DNA of 64,000 nt, taken from NCBI RefSeq assembly GCF_009914755.1, contig NC_060936.1; one strand, given 5' to 3'. Below are positions 1 to 17,985 of this stretch, one piece after another. Origin of the DNA: the human T2T-CHM13v2.0 reference genome, Homo sapiens. Position 1 is the first letter of the stretch. Every line of letters starts with the position of its first letter. The notes under the pieces are model-generated. The model had not been told where the DNA came from and ran no database searches. It saw only the letters and a program-made list of their open reading frames with translations. A program made the position numbers and the translations under genes.

Positions 1-598
1 CAGCATGGAACGTCCCTGAGAAAGAGAATGCGTACCTAGGGGTAGGTCTCTGAACTGGCACCCCCCGGGGCGTACCTGTCTCTTATGGTCGAGATTGCAG
101 AGGTGAGATAGACTCCAGTCTCCCATAGCGCTCCCATCTCCCATAGCGCTCCCAGGCTTATTAGGAAGGGGAAATTCCCACCTGATAAATTTTGGTCAGA
201 CCGGTTGATCTCAAAACCCTGTCTCCTGATAAGATGTTATCAATGACAATGTTGCCCGAAACTTCATTAGCAATTTTAATTTCACCTGGGTCCTGTGGTC
301 CTGTGATCTCACCCTGCCTCCACTTGCCTTGTGATATTCTATTACCCTGTTAAGTACTTGATGTCTGTCACCCACACCTATTCGCACACTCCCTCCCCTT
401 TTGAAAATCCCTAATAAAAACTTGCTGGTTTTTGTGGCTTGTGGGGCATCACGGAACCTACCGACATGTGATGTCTCCCCCGGACGCCCAGCTTTAAAAT
501 TTCTCTCTTTTGTACTCTGTCCCTTTATTTCTCAAGCCAGCCGACGCTTAGGAAAATAGAAAAGAACCTATGTGATTATCGGGGCAGGTCCCCCGCTA
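1..598 (+). mobile_element. MER11-type LTR (HERV-K11/HML-8), 3' portion
   Basis: Typical end ...gaaaagaacctatgtgattatcggggcaggtccccc; LTR AATAAA at 413-418; truncated by the window edge. Confidence 0.8.
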
Positions 599-1179
599 GA
601 CGCGGGCCTCCAGGAAACACATTCTCATTTCCTAGGGGCTGTTTCCAACCTGCATCCGCTACCTCCCGCGCAGCAAGCTGCCAGTGGGTGCCAAAGAGGT
701 GCTCCCAAGCCCGGACACACCTGTGCAGGCTCCCCTGAGGTTGCCTCATCCCGGGCACAACAAAAAGGCCCAAAACAGCTCCGAGGATCCTGCCAAGGCT
801 ACGGATGATGTCCTGCCCGGGACATCAATGTCCTCCTTGGGAAAATGGGCTCAGCCACACCCTGTCTCACATGGGGAAACTGAGGCCCACAGAGGTCCTC
901 AAGGAAATGCGTTCATTCATTCATTCATTCATTTGTTCTTACATGTAGTAATTATAAAGCAATGATCACGTGCTGGATAAACAAAACAGATGTGGTTTTT
1001 GCCCTCGAGGGGACTGACAGTCCAATGAGGGGGACCAACATTTAAAAGTAGGTGCACAAGGCCGGGTGCGGTGGCTCATGCCTGGAATCCCAGCACTTTG
1101 GGAGGCCGAGACGGGTGGATCACCTGAGGTCAGGAGTTCAAGACTAGCCTGGCCAAATGGTGAAACCCCGTCTCTACTA

Positions 1180-1368
<189 letters not shown>

Positions 1369-1746
1369 CTATAAGCACAGACTGGGGCAGAAGACCAGGA
1401 TATGATCAAAGAGAATACCAGAGGGGACCACTTTAGATTTGAAGGGAGGCGGTGGGTGAAAGAAGGCCCCTCTTGGTGAACGTCTATTAGGCTGAGACCT
1501 ACAGGGTGAGTAGATACTAAAGGAGCAGGAACTTGTTCCCAGCAGAGGAAACAGCTTCTGAGAAGGCCCTCTGTGGAAAAGAGGCGGGAGAGTGGAGGCA
1601 ACAGAAACAAGTTTCCTGGGTCTGGAGCCCGGGAGCAGGAACAAAGTGGGGAAGGAGGGGCTGGAAGGGCTACAGCTTTGTGGGAAGTGGATGATGATGA
1701 CGAGAGGGCAGCCCAGGGCAATGCTACAGGGACTGGGCTCAGACCC

Positions 1747-2515
1747 TGCTGTGAGTTGAACTGTGTCCCCCAAAAATGTTATGTGGCAGTTCTAACCCTC
1801 AGGACCTCAGAATGTGGCCTTATTTGGAGACAGGTCTTTACAGAGATTATGAAGTTAAAATGAGGTCATTAGGGTGGGCCCCAGTCCAACAGGCCTAGTC
1901 CAATAAATGGGAAAGGTAGACACACAGCCAGCCAGCACGGAGGGGGAAGGCCACACGGAGATGGAGGCGGAGACGATGCTCCTTCTAGAGGCCAAGGAGC
2001 ATCAGAGATTATCAACAACCACCAGCAGCCAGGAGAGGCCTGGAACAGACTCCCCTCGGAGCCTTCAGAAGGGACGAACCCTGCCAAGGCTTGATCCCAG
2101 ACTTCTGGCCTCCAGAAATGACAGAATATATCTCTGTTCTTTTTTTTCTTTTCTTTTCTTTTCTTTTTGACAGAGTCTTGCTCTGTCCCCCGGGCTGGAG
2201 TGCAATGGCGCAATTTCGGCTTACTGCAACCTCCGCCTCCCAAGTTCAAGTGCTTCTCCTGCCTCAGCCTCCTGAGTAGTTGGGATTACAGGCACCCACC
2301 ACCATGCCCGGCTAATTTTTGTATTTTTAGTGGAGACAGGGTTTCACCATGTTGGTCAGGCTGGTCTCAAACTACTGACCTCAGATGATCCACCCGCCTC
2401 AGCCTCCCAAAGTGCTGAGATTACAGGCATGAGCCACCACGCCCTGCCTAATATCTCTGTTCTTTAAGCCGCCCAGTGTGAGACTTGGTCACGGCTTCTC
2501 TAGGAAGATAATACA
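1747..2515 (+). mobile_element. MLT1B/C-like MaLR LTR interrupted by an antisense Alu (~2137-2448)
   Basis: TG...gttgaactgtgtccccc start and ...ataca end; Alu flanked by duplicated atatctctgttcttt. Confidence 0.75.
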
Positions 2516-3058
2516 GCACCCCACCCAACCAGTGGGGTTCGGAGAAGCCGGCTGCCTTGGAGGCCACAGACTCTGAGGCATTTCCCAAAGCTCTAGCGGG
2601 AGACCTGAGAGGCTCGGCTGCATCCACGGAGGCGGTGCTGGAATATTTCAGACCCAGGGCCCTAGCCCAGCTAAGCAGGGTTATCAGATCCAGTGACACC
2701 AACTGTTACAACTGGCTCTCTCCTTCAGCGCTCTTTAATTTGGGGCCACTGAAACAACTGAGTCCGCAAAAACAAAGGCCCTCCCTTGTCAGATGGCAAT
2801 AGAGATATCTCAGGCCTCAGAGACCCCATCCTCATCATAGTCCCTAGAACAAAAACGTTGCAAATGATGACTCCTGTGTGACATCTGGCCACCGATATAC
2901 TGGCCTTACACCAGGTTCAAAGCTATCTGAAGAAGTGGTGGCTCATGGCCGTAATCCCAGCACTCTGGGAGACCGAGGTGGGAGGATGACTTGATGCTGA
3001 ATTCAAGATCAGCCTGGGCAACATAGTGAGACCCCATCTCTACAAAAAAAATTTTTTA

Positions 3059-3259
<201 letters not shown>

Positions 3260-3515
3260 TCAGAGCCAGGAGATTTCAGATAAAAGTGCAAATTTACAGA
3301 TTTTCTTGAAGAACTGCACACTGATAGCACTGGGCCTGTGTTCTATCCTGGCAACCACTCGCTGCAGCTCTGGGCAGGGGACACACTCACCAGCACGCCA
3401 CAGTCCTCACCACTTCCCAGTGCCTCTCCAAAGCTGAGGACAGGCTGCCTGCCACGGCCCACGCCCTCCCCTCGGCCCACATCTCATGCCCTGCCTCTCC
3501 GCTACAGGTGTCTGA

Positions 3516-3881
<366 letters not shown>

Positions 3882-3884
3882 TAA

Positions 3885-4022
<138 letters not shown>

Positions 4023-4429
4023 TGAGTTTTTCAGGAAGGGGCCAACAATTACAGGCATAGCCCTGCCATGTCCACATATTGCGTCCTGAATAAAGTCCAG
4101 GCTGGACCAAAATCTCTAACAAGGGATTTGGGCAGGCAGCCCATTCCTCTGCCTTGCTGGGACCTCGACCTGTGTTTGAGAGAGATGAGAGCGAAAGCAC
4201 AGGGTCTCAAAGTGCTTGGAGGAGAAATGCACAGGATTTGGGCACAGGGACATGGACATGACTAACTCATGAGAGCTGTGGCTTTGGCCTCCTTGTTTAC
4301 AGCTGAATTCCCGGGCCTAGAACTTTCTAGGACACTGCTCGCACTCAGTAAATACTGACTAGAAGTTGTTGTTTATTTCTTCTGTCCCAAGGCCACTCAG
4401 AAGGTCAGAAGCTTTCTTTAGCTGGCCTA

Positions 4430-5563
<1,134 letters not shown>

Positions 5564-5905
5564 AATGACAGAGCTGACTGACAGGGAAGCTGCTGTCTCC
5601 CTACACCCCAGGGCTCTCATCCAGGCCAAACTGCCAGGCAGCTACAAGGCCTCTGGCAACCTGGACAGCCTTCACCTTGACAGGCAACTTGACTTCCAAC
5701 ACTGCTTTTCTCTTTCTTTTAATCTTAAAACATCAAGGATGGGGCAGGGAAGGGCTGATGAACAGGGAGAGGAGAAGAAACTGGCATTTTCAACACAAGA
5801 ATCGCATTGCTGCAGATGCAGTGATACTAATGGTTAGCCTTCTTGAGTGCTTGGCACTCTTCTAATCCTGCATCATCTCATTTAACTGTCACAACCACCT
5901 TATGA

Positions 5906-6190
<285 letters not shown>

Positions 6191-6465
6191 TGAGTGCTTC
6201 AGGAGGGCACAAGTGTGAATGCTCACTATATAGAAGCTATTGCCAAGAAAGAACTTTGGCAGTTACTGAATTCACGACCCTCAGTTGGCTTCCTTTTTTT
6301 GGGGGGCGGGGCGGTTGGGGACAGGGTCTCACTCTATTGCCCAGGCTGGAATGCAGTGGTGCAATCATAGTTCACTGCAGCCTCGAACTCCTGGGCTCAG
6401 GTGATCCTCCCACCTTACCTCCCAAGTATCTGGGACTACAGGCATACACCACCACACTTGGCTAA

Positions 6466-6594
<129 letters not shown>

Positions 6595-7260
6595 TAGCTG
6601 GTTTCAATTTATTTTAAAACGAAATCTCTTAAATCTCTAATCCTGCCGTGCTAACTCTTCATCTTCCCCTCTAGCCCTTGTCCATATGCATCACATTTTA
6701 CAAAATTAAAAATAGCGTATGCATATCATTTCACATCCTTGCTTCCATGTGTCATAAGAGCACATTCTCACATGGCTTTTGCAATCAGCGCAACAGAGGC
6801 TGCAGATGGAGTCACCGAGACTCAGAGAAGTTGAGATGACCTCATCCAGGCAGCCCAGCAGGCTCGCAGTTGGGCCAGGAGGAGATCCAGGTGGCCTGCC
6901 CTGCAGCCCAGTGACCCTTGAGGCCCTGGATACTCACAGAGTAAGCAGTTCCCCTGTCTTGCTGCTTGCCAGGGCCAACTGTCTTAAGAATTCTTAGGCA
7001 GCTATTACTTAGTCAGTAATGAAATATCACTGAAAGAATGGCCCCAGTCACGCAGTCAGACATCTAAAGCCAGCTGTGGGCCAGGTACAGTGGTGGCTCA
7101 CGCCTATAATGCTAGTGCTTTGGGAGGCCGAAGCAGGAAGATCGCTTGAGGCCAGGATTCGAGACCAGCTTGGGCAACACAGCAAGACCCCATCACCACA
7201 CAAAAAAGTGTTTACATTAGCCAAGTGTGGTGCTGCACACCTGTGGTCCCAGCTCCGTCA

Positions 7261-7446
<186 letters not shown>

Positions 7447-10231
7447 TTACGAATGTGTGGGTGAGTTTGGGTATGTGTTTAGAGGAGGGAGGTATTTGGA
7501 AATAAAGTGTAGAAACCATCTTCCTTCCTTCCTCTTCCCCCACTGCATCCCTCTCAATCTTTCACTGAACCAAAGGAAGAGGTTGGAAAACAACTGGAAT
7601 TTCAGTTTGTAATGAACAAGAAAAAGACTTCTACCCAGCATGCTCTTGGCAAATCAGAGATGGAGAGGGCCAGCTCGAAACCCACAGGCATCGGTGCCTG
7701 GGCTACCCACGGCCCCTCTCCCTCCCTCCTCCCCACCTTTTGGACATCATGCTAAATCTAGCTGCAAGCCTCCTCAGCTGAGGGACAAGAAGAGTGCAGG
7801 GAGCCAGCTCTGCAGCTCTGCGGGGCCCAACGTCCCCACACCTGGACCTAGAGGGCAGAACTGTCCAGGATGAACCGAATAAAATATTTCTCTGCCAGAA
7901 GCCTTGAAGGCAATACCCCAAAGCACATTTCAAAAATGAAAAAGGGAGTGTGCTCTCCCTTCTGCACCCTGGCCCCCGCAAAACACTGGTTCCCCATTTA
8001 AACTTCTCTAACAGAAGCTTCTCTCAGGCACCACCCACAATGCTCCTACCCCACCCGCTGGGTTCCTGCCTCATGCCTAAGCCACGTGGGCAGAGGGGCA
8101 ACACCTTGGCCTCCCCACTGACTCCCACCCCCCTTTCCTCCGAGGACCACCATCCCTCTCTTTTCCAGGTTGGGATTAGCATTTTTATCTCTGCAACTGC
8201 CATCTCTCAACTATTTACAGAAGCCACCAGGATAAAAAGAGGCAACATAAAAATAGTTGCTCAGCAGCTTTCAGGATGGGGTGGGGTGGGGGTGGGGGCA
8301 CTACAGAATCTTCTCATTTTCTTTCATTCCTTTTCAAAAGGGAAAGGATGTCAGAATTGTTCATCTTTTCCAAAAGGCTCTGAGACCACTCACCTGGGAC
8401 AGGAACCAAGTCCCAGTATTTCTCAGTTCCCCAGGGTATAGCCTGTCACCAGCACCAATCCCCCCACCCCACCCCAACCAAAAGAGCGGGCTGGGTGAAG
8501 GGTCGAGCCTGCAGAGCCAGGGCGCCCCACTCTGCCCCGTTTCCGTCACCTCCTGGGCCTCCTTCCAGCTTTCCAAAAAGCGAGCCAGTTTAAAAAAACA
8601 AAGCAAAACTTTGGCTTTTCTCTATGCTTAAAATGTTTCATAATTGAAAAAAAAAAACTTCAGTGGCAATACTACAAACATGACTGAAACCGAAACACTG
8701 GCAGCTAAAATAATCCCTTTCCCATTTGGATCACTAACGTCCCCAACGGGGAAAGCAGCAGCCAGGGGTCTTCCCTACAAAATCTAACAGAACTCACATC
8801 ATTTTAAAGATGTCTTTTTTATTATTATTATCTTGGTTTTGTTGAGAAAGGGGTCCAATCAGGGAAGAAAACAAATAATAATTCTAAATCTTATTTCTCA
8901 GAGCCCAAAACTATTCGGAAATGCTTTCCATCCCATAACCTGCCAGGGAAGGTGGACTCCACTCCATCAGAAAACGAGCATAATTTGCCAGTACAAGGAG
9001 CCAAAGTTGGGAGCGATGGCTCATGCCTGTAATCCCAGCACTTTCGGAGACTGAGGCGGGCGGATCACCTGAGGTCAGGAGTTCGAGACCAGCCTGGCCT
9101 ACATGGTGAAACCTCGTCTCTACTAAAAATACAAAAATTAGCCAGGCGTGATGGGACGTGCCTGTAATTCCAGCTACTTGGAAGGTTGAGGCACGACAAT
9201 CGCCTAAACCCAGGAGGCAGAGGTTGCGGTGAGCTGAGATCATGCTACTGCACTCCAGCCTGAGAGACAGAGCAAGACCCTGTCTTTAAAAAAAAAAAAA
9301 AAAAAGGCGGGGGGGGAGCCAAGGGAGGCCTAAGACCTCAGGAAGAGAAGGTACATCAGGAAAGGATACAGATCCCAGAGGACCTTGAGCCTTGATTTTC
9401 TCATCTGTGAAATGGTGCCAGACCTACCTAAGAGGGTGGCTATAGAGTTGATCTTCTCTATGGCAGTCCCTAGTACACAGCGTGGCTCAAGCTAATTGTT
9501 CCGCAAAGATCACGTCCTCCCTTCCTTTCTGTACTCCGCTTCCCTTGTCTGGAACATGGAAGGGTTCAGGAGCTGATCTCTGCTGGCCTTCCTCTCAGGC
9601 CAGCTTTCCATTTCTGCTTTCTGGGCGGGTATTCCTGGCAAAGCTATCAGGACAGAATGGGCTGACTCCACTCACGGCCACAGGGCCGTGGCACTATCTC
9701 TCTGCTTTTCTCTACTTTGTGGATTTACTTACCTGGAAAAAAGTCTCACAAAATATATACTAATAAAATCACATGGGGACCTTCATTTAACAAAACAGGG
9801 CTGGTTGTAATGGCTGACAACTGTAATCCCAGCACTTTTGGAGGCCAAGGCAGGAGGATCACTTGAGCCCAAGAGTTTCAGACTAGCCTGGGCAACAAAG
9901 CAAGACCCTGTCTCTACAAAAAAATTAAAAATATTAGCCAGGCGTGGTGGCGCAGGGCTGTAGGCCCAGCTACTCAGGAGGCTGAGGCAGGAGGATCTCT
10001 TGAGCCTGGGAGGTTGAGGCTACGGTGGGCCATGATGGCAACACTGCACTCCAGCCTGGGCGACTGAGTGAGATCCCATCTCAAAACACACAAAAAATCA
10101 TCGTAACTGAAAAGAATGGAACTGAATAAAACCAAGACTGTCCCTGAAAATTGTAATGAAATGACCATGAATTGATCCAGGAGGCAATGGGTTTGTTTTG
10201 TTGTTATTGTTTTGTGGTTTTTTCTTTTTGA

Positions 10232-10492
<261 letters not shown>

Positions 10493-10744
10493 TAAGCCAC
10501 TGTGCCTGGCCAGCAATGGGTTTAAATGGGGAGCCACGATTCTTGCAAGGGGTAGGTAAGGGTGCATGAAGGGAATCCCGAAAACCTTGGGTTGGGAAAC
10601 TGGTTCCTGAGTGATTTCAAGAAACCTTTCTTCCATCACCTGCTCCCTCCAAACAGAGTGACAAAAAAATGTCTTATGCCAAGAAGTTCATTAACTGAGG
10701 GACTACAGAGACACGGGAATGGACAAAGTAGCCTTAAGACGCCT

Positions 10745-11872
<1,128 letters not shown>

Positions 11873-12300
11873 TAAGGCAACAAGCACAGCCTGAAAGAAG
11901 ATCGGTTTCAAAAGGGAAATGCAATTTCCTCAACTGTTAGGAAAGAGACACAGACGCAAGGCTGAGGCTGCAGCAGCACCATGCAGCCAGCCGGCCTGAA
12001 CCCCATATCCAGGTTCTCTAACCCCATCCAAAGAGAAGAAGTGAGTGGGAAAGCAAAACATGGAAGAAAAATAGCAGTAGGCCAGACACAATGGCTATAA
12101 TCCAATCCCAGCACTTTGGGAGCCTGAGCCTAGAGGATCACTTGAGTCCAGGAGTTCGAGACCAGCCTGGGCAAAATAGTAAGACCCTGTTTCTATAAAG
12201 AAATTAAAATTTTAGCCAGGCATGGTGGCATGCACCTGTAGTCTCATCTGCTCTGGTGGTTGAGGTAGAAGGATCACTTGAGCCCAGGAGTTGGAGACTA

Positions 12301-12722
<422 letters not shown>

Positions 12723-13267
12723 TTAAAGGAAAATCTGAAATAGCATTTGCCCCAAATCCCCAGGATCAGGAAATGAAATGTTTCCCATAACCACCAGAAG
12801 AAAGTATGCTGGGGCGGGAAGAAGATCACAGGTGACCCTGAGCAAATTACTCAGCCTCTCTGAGCCCTTCATATAAAGAGGCTTCCATAAAATGAGTTGA
12901 TAGAATAATGGTGATTCTGTGGCCCATGTTAAAATTTGAGCCAAAATGCCTTGAAAACAGGCTTGGCCTGCCCCACTTGGCCTGGTCCTCTCCCCTGAGA
13001 GTGGTGTCTGGCCACTCATCTTCCATCTAGGATGAGGTTCTCAAAGAGGAAACCCCCGGCTACTGCACAAAGTTCCCTGCTAGGTCACCCCACCCTATCC
13101 CCTTCCCCTCCTACTCCCATCCCATCTCCCATTTCTGGCCCATCCTTCAAGGCTCTGCACAAATGACACCTCCTTCAGGGAGCCTCCCAGATTCACACCA
13201 GTCTGAGGAGATTTCTCCAGAACCCTCAGTGCCCTGTGCTCCTTCGATCACAACAGCACTCATTCCT

Positions 13268-13809
<542 letters not shown>

Positions 13810-14300
13810 ATTGTTATTAGTGACTATATTTAGCTACCAGCCCACTAGCCATATCTAAGGATGGGCAGTACTACAGACCCTGCATAGAGCTGCATCGGCA
13901 AACACTGATGTAGTGAATAAACAAAACAAAACAAACTCCTGGGCTCCTCAAGAAGCTCAGGGCAGCCTTGCCAGGGTCTCTGCTCTTGAACAGGTGCACA
14001 AAGGTTCTAAGGCCTGACATGCCTGCACTGGCTGTGTGACCCTGAGCAAGTTACTTAACTTCTCTGAGCCCTTCTATAAAATGGGGCTAAATCCTAGCAA
14101 CACTGCAGGATTTCTGTAAACCTCAGTCTCCTAATCTCTACTATGGGGTTAAAATTCCCTACGTTGTAGGATTTGGTAGGCATTAAATGAGATAATGCAT
14201 GTAACACATAGCACAGAATCTGGCAGGCAGCAAGAACTCAATAGATGTTAGTTTTTAATACTGTTATTATTATTATTGTCCAGGGCCAGGTGGCAGCTCA

Positions 14301-14579
<279 letters not shown>

Positions 14580-15699
14580 TTATTATTATCCAAGTTAGGG
14601 GCTCATCAAATGATGGCTATTACTCTTCATTACAAAAATATGTTTTGCGTCCTCATCACCAATGCCTGCTTCCTCCATAGGAAGGGTGTGTGTCACCAAT
14701 GCCTGCTTCCTCCATAGGAAGGGTGTATGAGCAGCAGTCTGGAAGGGGTATGTGGGGCTTGCCCTAAAGCTGCATTTGCATGGCATGCACACTATTTATT
14801 CTGAAACTGCATGTTTTTGTGGGGTGATTAGGGAAGAGGGTGGCTAACTCCCCCAAAGCCCTCCCCTTGTTGCAGCCCCCGCCTCCTCCAAGGAACAAAG
14901 GAGCTTATGGGGACATAAAGCCATCCTCTTCTCTCTCCTCTGGGGGCAGAGCTAGGGGAGGGGGAGTGGTAAATGGCAGCACAGCTCTAGGGCACCTGAA
15001 GTTTCTATCCCCTGCGTGGAGACTCCAAACACCAGGCTGGGGAAGGTAAAAGTAGCCTGTAGGGAGATGGACGCTGCAGGTCCCATCCGGAGGCCAGGTA
15101 TCCCTCTCTTGCTGATAGCACTGAGACGCCCTCCCCAAAGCTCAGCCTTCTCGGGGAGATCGGAGGGGCTGAGCTGCATCCTGTCCAGCACTAAGTGAGA
15201 GTGGCCAGGAGGGCAGGCTGGCAGAGCTGTGAAAGCACCCACTTCCCCAGCTAGGCAGTGCAGGGGCTGGGGGAAAGCCAGGAAAAGCTCAAGGCTGGGT
15301 CGGGTGGCACCCCAGGCACAGAGCCCCAATGCTGAGAGGGGCTGGGTCCAGTGTCCCTGAGAGTCAGGCGGACGCCTCTCCGCATTCACAGCATACTGCA
15401 ACCCCGAGGTGAATTTAGGTCAGAAGGACCAAGCCTGTGAGGCTCCGGCTGAGAGAAGAGGTGCGGTGGGGGTGGTCAAAGGGCAGACCGAAGACAGCCA
15501 AAGGTCCCCTAGGTCCCCACAACTGCTGGCCTAGGGTCCTGCCACCTGGTGTCCAAGCCACCAGGGCCTGGGTTTGCCCCGAGACAGGCAGGCTGCGGGG
15601 TGGGGGTGCTCCAAGTCCGCTGGTCCTCTCTTCCCCGGAACGCTCCAGATTTCCCCACCTGTCAAACGCGAGGGGCTGGGCCTAGGCCGCCTCCACGAA

Positions 15700-16760
15700 C
15701 CCTGACGGACCCGGCCCCCGGTGACCCCGGTTCCAAACTCCAGGACCGCCCCTGCCACCCGGACAGGGCGCGGCCCAGCCGAGGAGGCCATCCCGAGGCC
15801 CAGGGCGCCCAGAGGACGCGGGGGAAGGGCTGTCGGGGACCGTGTCCCTCCACGTGGCGGGGCGTGGGGAGGCGCACGTGGGGTCCCTCCGTGTTGGGAG
15901 CCCCAGGCCAGCCTCCGGGCTTTGTGTGCCATGCCGGCGGCGGTCCCCCGCCTCGAGAGGGAAACGGAGCGGGCGCCCGGGGCCGCGGCGGCTGCGTCCC
16001 TTGCCCCGGGCCCGGCTACCGCCAGCTCACCTGGGCTCCGCGCCGCCGCCGCCTCCCGCGCTCTGCGCCCCCAGCTCGGCTCGGCTCGGCTCAGCTTGCT
16101 CTGCGCGGCCGCGCGCTCCTCTCCTCCGCCCGGGCGGCGGGCGCGCGGGGGGCGGGGGCGGGAGGAGCCGCCCGGCTCGGCTTGGGCGCGTCGCCGCCCC
16201 GGGCAGCGCGGGGATTGGCCACGGCGGCGGGAAACCCGAAAGCGGAACCGCCCGCGCCCGCCGCGCACCGCCCCCTGCGCGCCCCCGCCGGCTCGGCCCT
16301 GCGCCGGGGAGGGGTGGGGAGGCGGGAGCCTGCAAAGACGAAAGTAGCGAAGAGGCGAAGGGCAAGGAGCAGAAAGGGAGGAGGCGAAGAACGGGGGAAG
16401 AGAGGCCGGGCCGGGAGGATCGGAGGCGGCTGGGAGGAGAGCCTGGAGGGGCGCGGAGCGCAGGAGGTGGCGCCGCAACTTTGTACCCGCTCGCCCGCGG
16501 CGCGCACCTGCCCAGGTTCTTCCCGCGGCGCCCTCGGGCGGGCCGCGCCGGCAGCGCTTGCTTTGTTTAGCCAAATGCCGGGGCTGCAGGGCGCCTCCGG
16601 GCTGACCCTGGGAAAGTTCCCCCAAGCCGGCAAGAACACCCGGGGCCCCTCCTGTGGCGACCCGGCTGCTGCCCCTGCGCTAGGCGCCGGGCGGTGGATG
16701 CGGCCTGGACTTTGGGCCACCACCGACTCGGGGGAGCCCCCTTCCGCAGCTGCCTGCCGA
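15700..16760. promoter_or_regulatory. CAMKK2: CpG island promoter of CAMKK2
   Basis: Very high GC and CpG density; GC boxes (GGGGCGGGG, ~16149-16162); CCAAT on the minus strand (ATTGG 16214-16218) ~100 bp upstream of the first exon; no TATA box. Boundaries approximate. Confidence 0.88.
16031..16110 (-). other. CAMKK2: CAMKK2 non-coding first exon (5'UTR); TSS position approximate
   Basis: Minus strand reads GAGCAAGCTGAGCCGAGCCGAGCCGAGCTGGGGCGCAGAGCGCGGGAGGCGGCGGCGGCGCGGAGCCCAG|GTGAGC, a strong donor. I recognise it as the CAMKK2 5'UTR, and the position downstream of ANAPC5 fits the known gene order. Confidence 0.8.
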
Positions 16761-16931
16761 CTGACCACTTGCTCAGGGCCGGCCCTAAAGGCTGGGGGAA
16801 GGCGTTCCTCTCCCATCCCCAGCCCACCTGGATGCACCATTGAAGTTCATTCTGGCTTTTCCAGATGGCTACTTAGATGCTTTTTGTGAAATACAGCATA
16901 TTCTTCCCATTCTCCCCTTTTTGGCACTTAC

Positions 16932-16980
16932 TTTGCTGGAGCCTTAAGTGTGCGTTGGATCCCCCAGCTGGATAACAGCA
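16932..16980 (-). other. CAMKK2: Probable alternative upstream CAMKK2 5'UTR exon (3' end firm, 5' extent uncertain)
   Basis: Donor AAA|GTAAGT at 16931; pyrimidine-rich acceptor tttctcctcttccccgcacag at 16981. The exon may instead extend further up into the Alus. Confidence 0.5.
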
Positions 16981-17784
16981 CTGTGCGGGGAAGAGGAGAA
17001 ACGAAGACCTGGAGGGCTCCCTGAACCGTCCTACGGGGTCGAGCGACCCAGGGGATGTCTCACTGACCCTGCCAAACAGCCAAAAGGGAATCGAGTTGAC
17101 AGGAGAGTCAACCTCCAAGTTAATAAAAGGTTCAAAGCCCTCTAGTTAACTGGGTGGATTTCCAGCCCGTTCCGATGTGCTTCTCTTGTATTTCTAGGCC
17201 GTAGGGACACTCACATGCAACGAGCCAATGAGAGCTCCACCCCGACTCCCTTTTTTTTTTTTTTTTTTTTCTTTTCTGAAACGGAGTCTCGCTCTGTCGC
17301 CCACGCTGGAGTGCAGTGACGCGATCTCGGATCACTGCAACCTCTGCCTCCCAGGTTCAAGCAGTTCTCTGCCTCAGTCTCCCGAGTAGCTGGGATTACA
17401 GGCGCCGGCCACCATACTTGGCTAATTTTTGTATTTTTCGTAGAGATGGGGTTTCACCATGTTGTCCAGGCTAATCTTGAATTCCTGACCTCGTGATCCA
17501 CCCGCCTTGGCCTCCGAAAGTGCTGGGATTACAGGTGTGAGTCACCGCGCCCGGCCCACTCCCATTTTTTTTTCTTTGTTTTTTTTGTTTGTTTGTTTGT
17601 TTGTTTGTTTGTTTTGAGACAGGGTCTCTCTGTGTTGCCCAGGCTGGAGTGCAGTAGCACGATCACGGCTCGCTGCACCCTCGACCTCCCCAGGCTCAGG
17701 TGATCCTCCAGCCTCAGCCTCCTGAGTAGCTGGGACTACAGGCACACACCACCACACCTGGCTAATTTTTTCTATTTTTTGTAG

Positions 17785-17985
<201 letters not shown>

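Noticed and set aside
15531-16889. Long overlapping ORFs of 208-446 aa on both strands
   Set aside because: Low-complexity Arg/Pro/Gly/Ala translations caused by stop-codon scarcity in a CpG island; no kinase or other domain. CAMKK2 coding exons lie outside the window.
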